56,351 nt of DNA from a virus (taxonomy: Duplodnaviria > Caudoviricetes): positions 1 through 56,351 of the IMG/VR virus record IMGVR_UViG_3300012987_000010; one strand, given 5' to 3'. The notes beneath the pieces are model-generated. The model saw only the letters and a program-made list of their open reading frames with translations, made no database searches and was not told where the DNA came from. The position numbers and the translations under genes were made by a program. Below, one piece after another: positions 35,002-44,712 of this stretch (its first letter is position 1; each line of letters starts with the position of its first letter).

Positions 35002-38000
35002 ATGACGCTGTTGTCGATCGTTGCGATTCCCCGTGACGAGCTGGACGCGATCGCCGAACGGTTCGCCACCGACGTCGTGGCCGCCCTGGTCGACACCCTG
35101 GCGGAGGGTTTCGGGGGCACCCCCGACGCGATGACGGCCGCCGGGTGGCTGGAAGCCTTCCGGCGCAATCCGAGACCGCCGGCCCCCGCCGACCTGGCGT
35201 CCCTGCGCACCCTGTGGGGGCGCAGGGTCACGGCCTTGGCCGACCGGATCCGATCGGTCTACGGTCGGTCCGTCCTGGCCGTCCGAGACCAGGCGATCCC
35301 GGCCGTGGCCGAACCTCCCGATTGGCGGTCGCGCATCGGCGAGGGCCCGAGCGCCGCGCCCGACTGGCGGACTCTGGTGTCCGAGGGAATGCCGGTGGTG
35401 CCGCCGGCTGCCGCCGATCCGGTCATGGAGGTGGTCTGGCGCAATCTCACGACCCTGGGGGACGAGCTGTTCGACGAGGTCGCGGCGCAGATCCAGGAGG
35501 GCGCGCGCCTGGGTGAGGACGTCGACGCGATCTCCCTACGGGTACAGCGCGTCGTGGGCAACGCCATGTGGCGCGCCAAGCGCATCGCCCGCACCGAGAT
35601 GACCCGGGCGGCGAACAACGCGTCCCTTGCCGAGATGCTGTTCTCCGGCTTGGACGGCTCGAAGCGTTGGGTGTCCAACGAGGACAACCGGGTGCGTCCG
35701 ACCCACCGGGAGGCCGACGGCCAGGAGGTTCCGATCCGGGAGACCTTCGACGTCGGGGGATTCCCACTGCTCTACCCGGGGGATCCGACCGGCCCGCCCG
35801 GCGAGACGATCAACTGTCGATGCGACTTGGCGCACGTGGTGCCCACGGAGCAGACTCCCGATTGGGCGTCGAACCTGGGGGCCGGACCGATGTCGCCCCG
35901 CGCCGGGGAGTGGCCGCCCGACACCCTGGAGGAATGGATGACCGATCCGGTGCCGGACAACCCCGCGTTCCCACCGTTCGAGGAACTGACGGCGGACGGG
36001 GCGTTCCAGTCCACGATGCCGCCCAAGCTGAAGGCGTATTGGCTGGCCGGAGAGGGAGCGGCCAAGATCCGATGGGGTACCCCGGGATCGTTCGACCGAT
36101 GCGTCCGCGCGCTGGGTCCCAAGTTCCCCGGCAACCCCCAGGGCCTCTGCGCCAACCTGTACCACGAGGCCACGGGCCGTTGGCCCGGCGCCGGTCGCGG
36201 CGAGGGGTCGTTGGCCGCAGCATCCGAGATCCACACCGGGGCCATGGTCGCCCTGGTCCCGTCGGCCGCCGACGCGGCGCGTCTGGTGGCCGACGGGGGC
36301 GAACCGATCGATCAGCTTCACATGACCCTGATGTACCTGGGCGACGCCGATCTGTACTCGGAGAATGCGCGCGAGTCCATCCGGGAGCGGATGATGTCGC
36401 ACCCGTTCACCGGGCCGATCACGGCGGACGCGTTCGCCGTGAACGTGTTCAACCCCGGTGACGCGACCGACCGGGACCCGTGCGTCGTCATGGGCCTTTC
36501 GGGCGGGGAACTGTCGCATGTGCACGGGTTCGCCCGCCAGGCATTGGACTACGAACTCGAACACATGGCGCCGCCCCAGCACGAGCCCTGGATCCCGCAC
36601 GTCACCCTGGCGTACACGGACGACATGACTCGCGTGTCGGAGTTCGCCGACCGGGTGGGACCGGTCACCTTCGACAACATCCTGGTGGCCTTCGGCGACG
36701 ACCACTACTACATCCCCCTGGGTGCGCCGGTCCCGGACGTGGCCATGGAACCCCTGCCGGACATGCCCGAGCCCGAGCCCGAGCCGATGCCGTGGCCCGA
36801 GGGATCGTTCCAGGCGATCATCACCGTGGAGGGGATCGAGACCGGAGACTCCCGGGCCTTCCTGCCGAACGCACTCACCGTGGCACCGGGCACATGGCTG
36901 GAGTTCAACTGGCAGCCCCGGATCAAGGAGGGCCATGAAGATGCCGTCCTGGTCGGCCGCCTACACGATGTGTGGCGTGAAGACGATGGGTCGATCATGG
37001 CTCGGGGTTGCTTCGACGTGAACGGCGAACACGGGCGCGAGGCCATGCGCCTGGTTCGAGAGAACTTCCTGAAGGGCGTCAGTGTCGACCTGGACACCGT
37101 CGTGGTGGAGGAGTTCTACGACGATCCGGAGTCGGACCGCGCGTCGTTCGAGCTGTATCACCAGGGTCGTATCCGGGGAGCCACGCTGGTGACCTACCCG
37201 GCGTATGTGGAAGCCCAGATTTGGATGACGGAGGGAACGCCGATGGAAGCCGGCCAACCTGGGGACATGGGCCTGGTCGCGTCCGGCGACCCGGTGGCCC
37301 TGGTCGCGGCGGCCGTGAAGAGCCACGACACCCCCACCACGGACACGGCCTGGGACGGCGCGGCGGCCGTCAAGCGGCTGCCCTCCCCGATGTCCCTGGA
37401 GACCGCCAGGAACGCCTTCGCCTGGATCGACGAATCCGCCGTCACGGACGGGGAAGTGCCCAAGTCGGCGTGCAAGTTCCCCCATCACGAGGTGTCGACG
37501 GACGGCACCCCGGGCGCGGCCAACCTGGCGGCGTGTTCCGCCGGCATCGCCGTCCTGAACGGCGGGCGCGGTGGGACGAACATCCCGGCCGCCGACGTCA
37601 AGGGCGTCTACGATCATCTGGCTCGACACATCCGTGACGCCGACAAGGAACCGCCCGCACTGGCGGCGTCGGCTCTGGTCGCCTGTGGTTGCGACGACAC
37701 CTGGGAACCGCCGACGGACGAGATGTTCACGGATCCCGGGTTCACCCGGTTCACCCCGCCGACCCTGACGGCGGACGGCCGATACTTCGGCCATGCGGCC
37801 GAATGGGAGACGTGCCACACCGGGGTTCAGGGCACGTGTCGCAAGCCTCCCCGCGAGGGTGGCGAGCACGCGTATTTCCGCCTGGGTGAGGTGATCACGG
37901 CGTCCGGCTCCTCACTCGCAGTCGGTCACATCACCATGGGCATCGGTCACGCCCCGCTCACACCCGGCTTCAGCGCGGCGGCGGCGATCGAGCACTACGA

Positions 38001-38376
38001 CAACGTGAACGCCGTAGTCGCCGATGTCGTGTCGGGTGAAGACGCCTTCGGCATCTGGTTCTCCGGCCGGGTCCGGCCGCATGTGACCGAAGCGCAACGG
38101 GCCTACTTGAGGTCGGCCACACTGTCGGGTGACTGGCGGTCGTTCGGCGGAAAGCTCCGCCTGGTCGCGATGTTGGCCGTGAACGTCCCGGGCTTCCCGG
38201 TCCCGCGCCTGGCGACCGGGACGTCCGCCGGGAGGCAGTTCGCCCTGGTGGCCGCCGGCATCCCCACCCAGCGGAACACCTTGTCCGTTGTCATGTCATC
38301 CTTGCAACGACGACTCGGGCGCGACAGCGTCACTCGTCGCAATGCCCTGATCGACAGGGTCCACGGGAAGGAGTGA
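35002..38376 (+). CDS. Polyprotein: MuF-like minor head domain, 2H phosphoesterase and capsid maturation protease-type domains
   Basis: MuF IARTE, KRW..NED.RVRPTH, ETINCRC; 2H LHMTL and PHVTL; protease-like GVSVDLD/GATLVTYPAY; C-terminal LSGDWR...VNVPGFPVPR. Confidence 0.8.
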   Translation: MTLLSIVAIPRDELDAIAERFATDVVAALVDTLAEGFGGTPDAMTAAGWLEAFRRNPRPPAPADLASLRTLWGRRVTALADRIRSVYGRSVLAVRDQAIPAVAEPPDWRSRIGEGPSAAPDWRTLVSEGMPVVPPAAADPVMEVVWRNLTTLGDELFDEVAAQIQEGARLGEDVDAISLRVQRVVGNAMWRAKRIARTEMTRAANNASLAEMLFSGLDGSKRWVSNEDNRVRPTHREADGQEVPIRETFDVGGFPLLYPGDPTGPPGETINCRCDLAHVVPTEQTPDWASNLGAGPMSPRAGEWPPDTLEEWMTDPVPDNPAFPPFEELTADGAFQSTMPPKLKAYWLAGEGAAKIRWGTPGSFDRCVRALGPKFPGNPQGLCANLYHEATGRWPGAGRGEGSLAAASEIHTGAMVALVPSAADAARLVADGGEPIDQLHMTLMYLGDADLYSENARESIRERMMSHPFTGPITADAFAVNVFNPGDATDRDPCVVMGLSGGELSHVHGFARQALDYELEHMAPPQHEPWIPHVTLAYTDDMTRVSEFADRVGPVTFDNILVAFGDDHYYIPLGAPVPDVAMEPLPDMPEPEPEPMPWPEGSFQAIITVEGIETGDSRAFLPNALTVAPGTWLEFNWQPRIKEGHEDAVLVGRLHDVWREDDGSIMARGCFDVNGEHGREAMRLVRENFLKGVSVDLDTVVVEEFYDDPESDRASFELYHQGRIRGATLVTYPAYVEAQIWMTEGTPMEAGQPGDMGLVASGDPVALVAAAVKSHDTPTTDTAWDGAAAVKRLPSPMSLETARNAFAWIDESAVTDGEVPKSACKFPHHEVSTDGTPGAANLAACSAGIAVLNGGRGGTNIPAADVKGVYDHLARHIRDADKEPPALAASALVACGCDDTWEPPTDEMFTDPGFTRFTPPTLTADGRYFGHAAEWETCHTGVQGTCRKPPREGGEHAYFRLGEVITASGSSLAVGHITMGIGHAPLTPGFSAAAAIEHYDNVNAVVADVVSGEDAFGIWFSGRVRPHVTEAQRAYLRSATLSGDWRSFGGKLRLVAMLAVNVPGFPVPRLATGTSAGRQFALVAAGIPTQRNTLSVVMSSLQRRLGRDSVTRRNALIDRVHGKE

Positions 38377-38378
38377 CC

Positions 38379-38600
38379 ATGGCTTGCGGATGCAACAAGC
38401 GCCAGAAGACCCAGGTGACGTCGATCGAAGTGGTCGCCATGCAGGAGGCGGAGCGCGCGGCACAGGCGGCGGCCGACGCCCTGGCGATCGAGGCGGCCAG
38501 GTCGGCGACCGACGACTACCTTCGCAACGCCGCGTATGAGGACTCCGCGCGAGCGACGGAGGAACACTTCCGGAAGACGCTGGAGGAGCAGGCGTCCTAG
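38379..38600 (+). CDS. Small head-associated protein (MACGC motif)
   Basis: AAGGAG RBS; MACGCNK N-terminus. Confidence 0.55.
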   Translation: MACGCNKRQKTQVTSIEVVAMQEAERAAQAAADALAIEAARSATDDYLRNAAYEDSARATEEHFRKTLEEQAS

Positions 38601-38747
38601 AATGTGGTCGAGCCCACGGGGGTTCGGAAAGAAGCCGTGACGGTCCTGGCCGTCACGGCTTCTTTCTGCACTGATCGTTCCGGTGTACCTTGCCATCAGT
38701 GAATGTCACACTTGCCGATGGAAGATCACCAACTGTCAGGGGTCACC

Positions 38748-40517
38748 GTGAGTGAAACCACCATCCCCGCCGACCTCACCGGACTGACCCTCGATCAGTT
38801 GCGTGAGTTGGAGGCGCAGGTCACGGAGGAGTTCGACAGGCTGACGGCGGACGAGTCGCCCAGCGTCGAAGCTCTGGCACGGGCAACCGTCCTGGCCGAC
38901 ACCGTGGAAGCGATCCGTGCGGACGTCGTCCGCCGGGAAGACGAGTCCCGGAAGGCCACCGAACAGCGCGACGCGCTGAAGGCGCGCATGACCGCCCCGG
39001 TGGAAACCTCTCCGGAGGCCGTGGTGGATACCCAGCCGGAGACGACCCCGGAGGTTCCGGAAGTCGTGGTCGACACTCCGGAAGGGGAGGTCACCGTGCC
39101 CAACAGCCCGGAGCAGTTGGCGGAACTGGTGGCCGCCGCGTCCACGGCCGCCGTCAAGGCCGCAATGGAGCACTACACTCCGGCGACCACGAAGCCGGCG
39201 ACGGAGACCGCGCGCAAGCTCAACCCGACCATGGCGGAGATCTCCGCCAGGGCGCCGAAGATCGAGGCTCCCCGCCAGGAGTCGGTCATCGTGGCGTCGG
39301 CGGACATCCCCGGTTTCACCTCCGGTGGCCGACTCACGGATTACCGGGGAATCCGTCAGGCGATGCACAACCGGGCCCGTGTCATGGAGGACGGCCGGGG
39401 CAGCGGTAGCCGAGTCCCGATCGCCTCTCTGAAGCGTGATCACGGTGTGACCCTCCAGCCGGAGTACGAGCCGGACAAGTTGGCCCAGGTGCTGGATCGG
39501 GTCGCCGACCCGGCAGCCCTGATCGCGGCCGGTGGCTGGTGCGCCCCGTCCGAGATCGACTACGACTTCTTCAACATCGTGTGCATCGACGGTCTCCTGG
39601 ACCTGCCGACCGTCGGTGTCAACCGGGGCGGCATCCGGTGGCCGATCTCTCCCAGCTACGCGGACATCGTGGGCAACTCCGGCCTGTGGCACTGGACGGA
39701 GACCCAGGACGCCGCCGCCGTCACCGGTACCGCACAGTCGGGTACCAAGACTTGTACCCGGGTTCCGTGCCCGACCTTCCTGGAAGCGCGTTTGGCGTGT
39801 GACGGGCTGTGCCTCACGGCCGGCAACCTGACCAACGACGCTTACCCGGAGCTGACGGACAACTTCCTCAACCTCCTCCAGGCGGGTCACGCGCACAAGG
39901 TGAACACCTTGCGCATCGCCCAGCTCGTCGCCGCGTCGATCGCCGTGTCCGGAACCACCGGCCTCGGGTCGGGTACCTCCGGTGTCGTGGCCCCGGTGCT
40001 CAACGCGATCGAGATGCAGGCGATCGACTACCGCGAGCTGTACCGCATGTGCACCGATGCCGTCCTGGAGGTCGTCCTCCCCCGGTGGTTGCGTGGCGAG
40101 ATGCGCGCGGACCTTCGCCGTCGGACCGGCATCGACGTGGAAGCGTTCGCGGACGCCTACCTGATGAGTCTGTTCGACGCGATCAACGTCAGGATCCAGT
40201 GGGTCTCCGACTGGCAGGTGGGCGGCGTCGGCCCGAGCACCTTCCAGTTCGGAGGTCTCACCCCCATCACCGCGTGGCCGAACAAGGTGCAGTTCCTCTT
40301 GTTCGCGCCGGGGACCTTCGTCCTGGGTCGCGGCCTCACACTCGACCTGGGCATCATCCGGGACTCCACCCTCAACGCGACCAACGATTACACGGCGGCG
40401 TGGATGGAGGAGTGCTGGCTGATCGCGCAGCGGGGCCACACCAGCCGACTCGTCACCGTCAACATCTGCCCGAACGGCACGACCGGCGCGGCGAACTACA
40501 CCGCGTGCGACCTCTGA
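38748..40517 (+). CDS. Major capsid (hexamer-type) protein with N-terminal scaffold-like region
   Basis: Helical N-terminus, then ALIAAGGWCAPSE, LDLPTV..RGGI, TLDLGIIRDSTLNATNDY; start may be 38703. Confidence 0.8.
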   Translation: MSETTIPADLTGLTLDQLRELEAQVTEEFDRLTADESPSVEALARATVLADTVEAIRADVVRREDESRKATEQRDALKARMTAPVETSPEAVVDTQPETTPEVPEVVVDTPEGEVTVPNSPEQLAELVAAASTAAVKAAMEHYTPATTKPATETARKLNPTMAEISARAPKIEAPRQESVIVASADIPGFTSGGRLTDYRGIRQAMHNRARVMEDGRGSGSRVPIASLKRDHGVTLQPEYEPDKLAQVLDRVADPAALIAAGGWCAPSEIDYDFFNIVCIDGLLDLPTVGVNRGGIRWPISPSYADIVGNSGLWHWTETQDAAAVTGTAQSGTKTCTRVPCPTFLEARLACDGLCLTAGNLTNDAYPELTDNFLNLLQAGHAHKVNTLRIAQLVAASIAVSGTTGLGSGTSGVVAPVLNAIEMQAIDYRELYRMCTDAVLEVVLPRWLRGEMRADLRRRTGIDVEAFADAYLMSLFDAINVRIQWVSDWQVGGVGPSTFQFGGLTPITAWPNKVQFLLFAPGTFVLGRGLTLDLGIIRDSTLNATNDYTAAWMEECWLIAQRGHTSRLVTVNICPNGTTGAANYTACDL

Positions 40518-40582
40518 TCAACCCCATCGTGGACCCCGGGTGGCACACCCGCCCGGGGTCTCTACAGGAAGGGGTGTGACAG

Positions 40583-41464
40583 ATGGCCGGACCCAGGATG
40601 CTCGTTCAGCCGGCGGGCTTCACACCGATCCCCTACGGACTCCTGTCCGTGGTCGAGTCGCGTCCGGCCTCGTCGCCGCACTGGCAGGCCGGAGTCATCT
40701 GGGAGGACCTGTGCGGTCCGCCCGCGACCACGTACGACCTGTGCCTGACGGATTCACCCCTGGTGACGGGGGCCCCGCCCAAGCGCGCGGGCGCGGCTCA
40801 CGAGGACTTCGCCGCTACGCCGTTCACGGTCTACTCCCGGGTCGACTGCTCCGCCGTCGGGTTCTACGAGGACTCCGAGGGCGAGGCGGCCACCGTGCTC
40901 ACCCGGTGGGAACAGTGGCAGATCGAGTACGCCTTCTGGACCGGAGTCGCCGGCGGCCTGCCCAACGTGGTCTACCCGCACCTTGCGGCCAACGCCGACG
41001 TGGTCAGCACGGTGGACGGCGCCACGCTCCAGATCGCTGCGACCGTCCCCACCGCCACGCCTACCGACCCGGCCACGGCGCTCGGCATCGTGGAGAACGC
41101 GTTGGCCGACTGCTACGCCGGGATCGGAGTGATCCACATCCCGGTGGAGCTGATCCCCAGGTTCATGGATCGCTATGTGATCTACCGGGACGGAGCGAGG
41201 CTCCGCACCTACAACGGCAACTGGGTGGTGGCCGGAGCCGGCTACCCGAACACGTCACCGGTGGGCGCGGCCTCCCCGATCGACGGGTCCGGATGGATCT
41301 ATGCCACACCGCCCGTGTTCATGTACCGCTCCGCGCTCCGGACCCTCACCGCCCGGGAAACCCTGGACCGGAGCGTCGACACCGTGAAGGCACTGTCCGA
41401 ACGGACCGTTCTTCTCGGCTATTCGTGTTGCCTCGCCGCCGCGCCCGTGGCGCCCACCACGTAA
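40583..41464 (+). CDS. Second capsid (pentamer-type) protein
   Basis: 293 aa directly after the major capsid gene; YGLLS, PFTVY, G..VVAGAGY; synteny like cluster-B-type actinophages. Confidence 0.6.
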   Translation: MAGPRMLVQPAGFTPIPYGLLSVVESRPASSPHWQAGVIWEDLCGPPATTYDLCLTDSPLVTGAPPKRAGAAHEDFAATPFTVYSRVDCSAVGFYEDSEGEAATVLTRWEQWQIEYAFWTGVAGGLPNVVYPHLAANADVVSTVDGATLQIAATVPTATPTDPATALGIVENALADCYAGIGVIHIPVELIPRFMDRYVIYRDGARLRTYNGNWVVAGAGYPNTSPVGAASPIDGSGWIYATPPVFMYRSALRTLTARETLDRSVDTVKALSERTVLLGYSCCLAAAPVAPTT

Positions 41465-41476
41465 GGAGAATCACCC

Positions 41477-42145
41477 ATGGTTGCTACGTGCGTGGCGCCC
41501 ATCAAGGCGCGAGTCGCGCGCCTGATCAAGCTGGACACGTGTGGCGCCCCGGTCACCGGAGCCGGCTCGGCAGTCGCCGTGTTCGGCGGGTTCGTCTCGA
41601 TCGCCGCTTCCCCTCAGTACATCGAGGGAACCGAGTACATCCAGAAGACCGCCAACGGTGACCTTTGCGTCAACGACAAGGACGGCAACGAACTCAAGCG
41701 GGTCAACCTCACCATCACGTTCTGCACCATCGACCCGGACGTGATCGCCATGATCACCGGGGAACGGCTGCTCACGGCCGGTACCCCGGCAACCGGCACC
41801 GGTGTGGCCTATGGCGAGGGTGTGCTTACCGGTCGGTACAGCCTGGAAGTCTGGCAACCGGTGTCCGGCGCGGGCTCCTGTGCGTCCGGTGGCGAACAGT
41901 TCATGTACTGGTTGTTCGGCAATGTCGGCAACAGCATGGTCGGGGACTTCACCTTCGAGCAAGGCGTGTTCACCCTCACGATCACGTCCGAGACGAAGTC
42001 CTGGAACACGAACTGGCCCAACCTCATCGGCGGCCGGACCACGGGCCTGGGGGCCACCAACACTCTCCAGGCCGGAGAACACTTCCTGCACAACGTCACC
42101 CAGGTTCCGGCACCCACGGCGTCCTGCGGAGCCGTCCCGCTGTAG
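41477..42145 (+). CDS. Major tail protein
   Basis: RLIKLDTCG, KTANGDLC, YSLEVW; position in the operon. Confidence 0.7.
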   Translation: MVATCVAPIKARVARLIKLDTCGAPVTGAGSAVAVFGGFVSIAASPQYIEGTEYIQKTANGDLCVNDKDGNELKRVNLTITFCTIDPDVIAMITGERLLTAGTPATGTGVAYGEGVLTGRYSLEVWQPVSGAGSCASGGEQFMYWLFGNVGNSMVGDFTFEQGVFTLTITSETKSWNTNWPNLIGGRTTGLGATNTLQAGEHFLHNVTQVPAPTASCGAVPL

Positions 42146-42198
42146 TCGTCACGCCCCCGGGTCCGCCGGCCCGGGGGCGCCCATCGGAGGAGAGCGCC

Positions 42199-42645
42199 GT
42201 GGCGAACTGGATCGCCAACATCAGCAAAGGCAGGTTCGCCGCGCGTGCGGAGTTGCCCCAGGCCAACGACGCCCTGATCATCGTGGTCCTGGAGGCGGCC
42301 GGCCTGGAGGCCGATGCCACCCTGAAGGACTACACGAACCTGGCCGCCCTCCTGGCCGGGACCACCAACGAACAGACCACCATGGGCCGCAAGACGGCCG
42401 CGTCGGTCACGGTCACCGTGAACAACACCACCGATCTGGTGGACGTCGACATGGCGGACATCGTGTGGACGGGGGCCACGGGCAACGCGGTGGGTGCCCT
42501 CCTGGTCTGCTACGACCCGGACACCACGGGCGGTACGGACGCGGACATCATCCCCCTGTCCAAGCACGATTTCACGGTGACCCCGGACGGCACCGACGTG
42601 ACGGCCACCATCGGCGCGAACGGGTTCGCACGGGCCACGGAGTAG
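42199..42645 (+). CDS. Virion structural protein (148 aa)
   Basis: GGAGGAG RBS; beta-rich; VTPDGTDVT. Confidence 0.6.
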   Translation: MANWIANISKGRFAARAELPQANDALIIVVLEAAGLEADATLKDYTNLAALLAGTTNEQTTMGRKTAASVTVTVNNTTDLVDVDMADIVWTGATGNAVGALLVCYDPDTTGGTDADIIPLSKHDFTVTPDGTDVTATIGANGFARATE

Positions 42646-42649
42646 GCCG

Positions 42650-44185
42650 ATGGTCGAATCGATCTTCACGGTCCAGGTCCCCGCCAACCCGGATGAGAAC
42701 GACGGCGGCGTCCTCACCCTGGGCACCCGGTTCGTCCCGGCCGTCAACGGCACCGTGACGGCCATCCGGTGGCGCTTCCCGAACACGCCCATCGTGGGCA
42801 CCGTGAACGGCCGCTTGTACGCCTGGGTGTCGGACACGGTCGGGACGCTCTTGGGCAGCGCCGACTTCGTGGCCCCGGTGGCCGGCACCTGGAACACCAC
42901 GGCGATCAATGTGCCGGTGGTCGCCGGTCAGCCGTACGTCACGGCCGTGGTCACCCCCAACCGGTACGTGTCCACGGTCGGGCTGTTCTCGTCGGCGATA
43001 ACCAACGGAAACCTGACCGCCACGGCCGACGGTCCCACCCGCAACGGCAAGTTCATCCAGGCTGCCGCATACCCGGACAACTCGTTCAACGCCACAGGCT
43101 ATTTCGTGGACATCGAGTTCACGGCCACAGCAGCCACGGGAGTGTCCGTTGTCCAGGCCCACGAAACCGACGTCGCCTTCCCGATCGGGAAGGCCAAGGC
43201 GGCCGTCATCGGGCAGGCCCACGAAACCGACGTCGCCCAGGCCGTCGCGGCCGGGAAATCCGCGCCCGTAGGGCAGGCCCACGAAACCGACGTCGCCTTC
43301 CCGATCACGGCGTCCAAGAGCCATACCCTGGGGCAGGCACACGAGACCGATACGGCGTTCGACGTGGGTGGAGGAGAGATGGTCGATCACCCCTTCGTCG
43401 ACGGTCCGTGCGAACCGTGGCCGGCGCTGTGGACCGGATGCTCACTGCCGACCGGAGCGGCAGCCGTCACGGGCAACGCCCTGGAGGCGGCGTCGGAGGT
43501 CCTGTGGGCGATGTCCGGCCGCCGATTCTCCCGGTGCCCCACCACCCTGAGGCCGTGCCGTGAGAGCTGCAACGACGGTCGGTTCTACGACACAACCGAC
43601 TGGTGGAACTGGGGCGGAGGGTGGCCGCGCCCACGCTTCTTCCAGGGCGTGTGGACCAACGTCATGTGTGGCCAGTGCCTCGACGATTGTTCGTGCTCGT
43701 TCGTGTCCAAGGTTCGCCTGCCCATGCCGGTGGCGTCCGTCACGAACGTGACGATCGACGGTGTGGTCCTGCCCCCGACGGCATACCAGCTGTACGACTA
43801 CCACACCCTGATCCGCCAGGACGGCGGAGAGTGGCCGTGGTGCAACGACCTGTCCAAGCCCCTCGGACAGGTCGGTACGTGGTCGATCACGGTGGAGGTG
43901 GGGGAGCCGGTCCCCGTCCTGGGTCAGTGGGCCGTGGCCGAACTCGCCACGGAGTTCGTCAAGGCGATGCTGTGCGACGCCTCGTGTCAGCTCCCGGCGC
44001 CGGTTCAGCAGCTCTCCCGCCAGGGCGTCAGCATGACCTTCCTGGATCCGAACGAGGTATTCGCCAACGGGCGCCTGGGCCTGCGCTTCCCCGACATGTT
44101 CCTGTCCACGTTCAACCCCGACGGCCTCCGCGCTCCCGCCCGCGTGTACTCCGTCGACACTCCGATGGGCAGGATCCCGACATGA
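42650..44185 (+). CDS. DUF4082-like domain + 20-aa repeats fused to a Cys-rich head-to-tail adaptor
   Basis: LGTRF..AVNGTVTAIRW...YFVDIEF; four QAHETD repeats; adaptor part SGRRF..C..TLRPC, LSRQGVS. Confidence 0.65.
   Translation: MVESIFTVQVPANPDENDGGVLTLGTRFVPAVNGTVTAIRWRFPNTPIVGTVNGRLYAWVSDTVGTLLGSADFVAPVAGTWNTTAINVPVVAGQPYVTAVVTPNRYVSTVGLFSSAITNGNLTATADGPTRNGKFIQAAAYPDNSFNATGYFVDIEFTATAATGVSVVQAHETDVAFPIGKAKAAVIGQAHETDVAQAVAAGKSAPVGQAHETDVAFPITASKSHTLGQAHETDTAFDVGGGEMVDHPFVDGPCEPWPALWTGCSLPTGAAAVTGNALEAASEVLWAMSGRRFSRCPTTLRPCRESCNDGRFYDTTDWWNWGGGWPRPRFFQGVWTNVMCGQCLDDCSCSFVSKVRLPMPVASVTNVTIDGVVLPPTAYQLYDYHTLIRQDGGEWPWCNDLSKPLGQVGTWSITVEVGEPVPVLGQWAVAELATEFVKAMLCDASCQLPAPVQQLSRQGVSMTFLDPNEVFANGRLGLRFPDMFLSTFNPDGLRAPARVYSVDTPMGRIPT
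43154..43362 (+). repeat. Four 60-bp coding repeats (QAHETDVA)
   Basis: caggcccacgaaaccgacgtcgcc at 43154, 43214 and 43274; variant at 43334. Confidence 0.85.
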
Positions 44186-44712
44186 CCATCGCATTCGACA
44201 CCGCCAACCTCTGGGCCCGGTTGAACGAGATCCTGGCCTGCGCCCACGACGCGGTGTCCGCCACGGCCGCCGGTCCTCCGCAGCGGTCGTGCGTCGTCCC
44301 CGGCATGGTCATCTGGGACGAGTGTTCCTGCGGGACACTCGCCGTCAACTGGCGCCTGGTGGCACGCTCCAGCGTGTTCCCGGCGCCGTCTCCCGACTCC
44401 CCGGAGAGCAACTGCCAGAGTCGATACGTGGCGGTTCAGGTCGGCGTCACCATGCTGCGGTGTGCGGCCGGCCCGGACGAGAACGGCAACATGCCCACCT
44501 GTGAGGCACTGTCCGCCGACGCCTTCGCCATGACCGCCGACATGGTTGCCATTCGCTCGGGCCTGGCATGTTGCCTCCGGTCGATGTACGAGGCGGGGAA
44601 CCTGGCCGACTACGCCCTGGGCAACACGTTGGCCCTGGGTCCCGAGGGCGGATGCGACGGGTCGCAGACCGACCTGATCCTGGGCTTCCTGGGGGGTGGC
44701 TGTTGTGCCTAG
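44182..44712 (+). CDS. Probable tail terminator / neck protein
   Basis: Cys-rich, GPEGGC motif; position after the adaptor. Confidence 0.55.
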   Translation: MTIAFDTANLWARLNEILACAHDAVSATAAGPPQRSCVVPGMVIWDECSCGTLAVNWRLVARSSVFPAPSPDSPESNCQSRYVAVQVGVTMLRCAAGPDENGNMPTCEALSADAFAMTADMVAIRSGLACCLRSMYEAGNLADYALGNTLALGPEGGCDGSQTDLILGFLGGGCCA

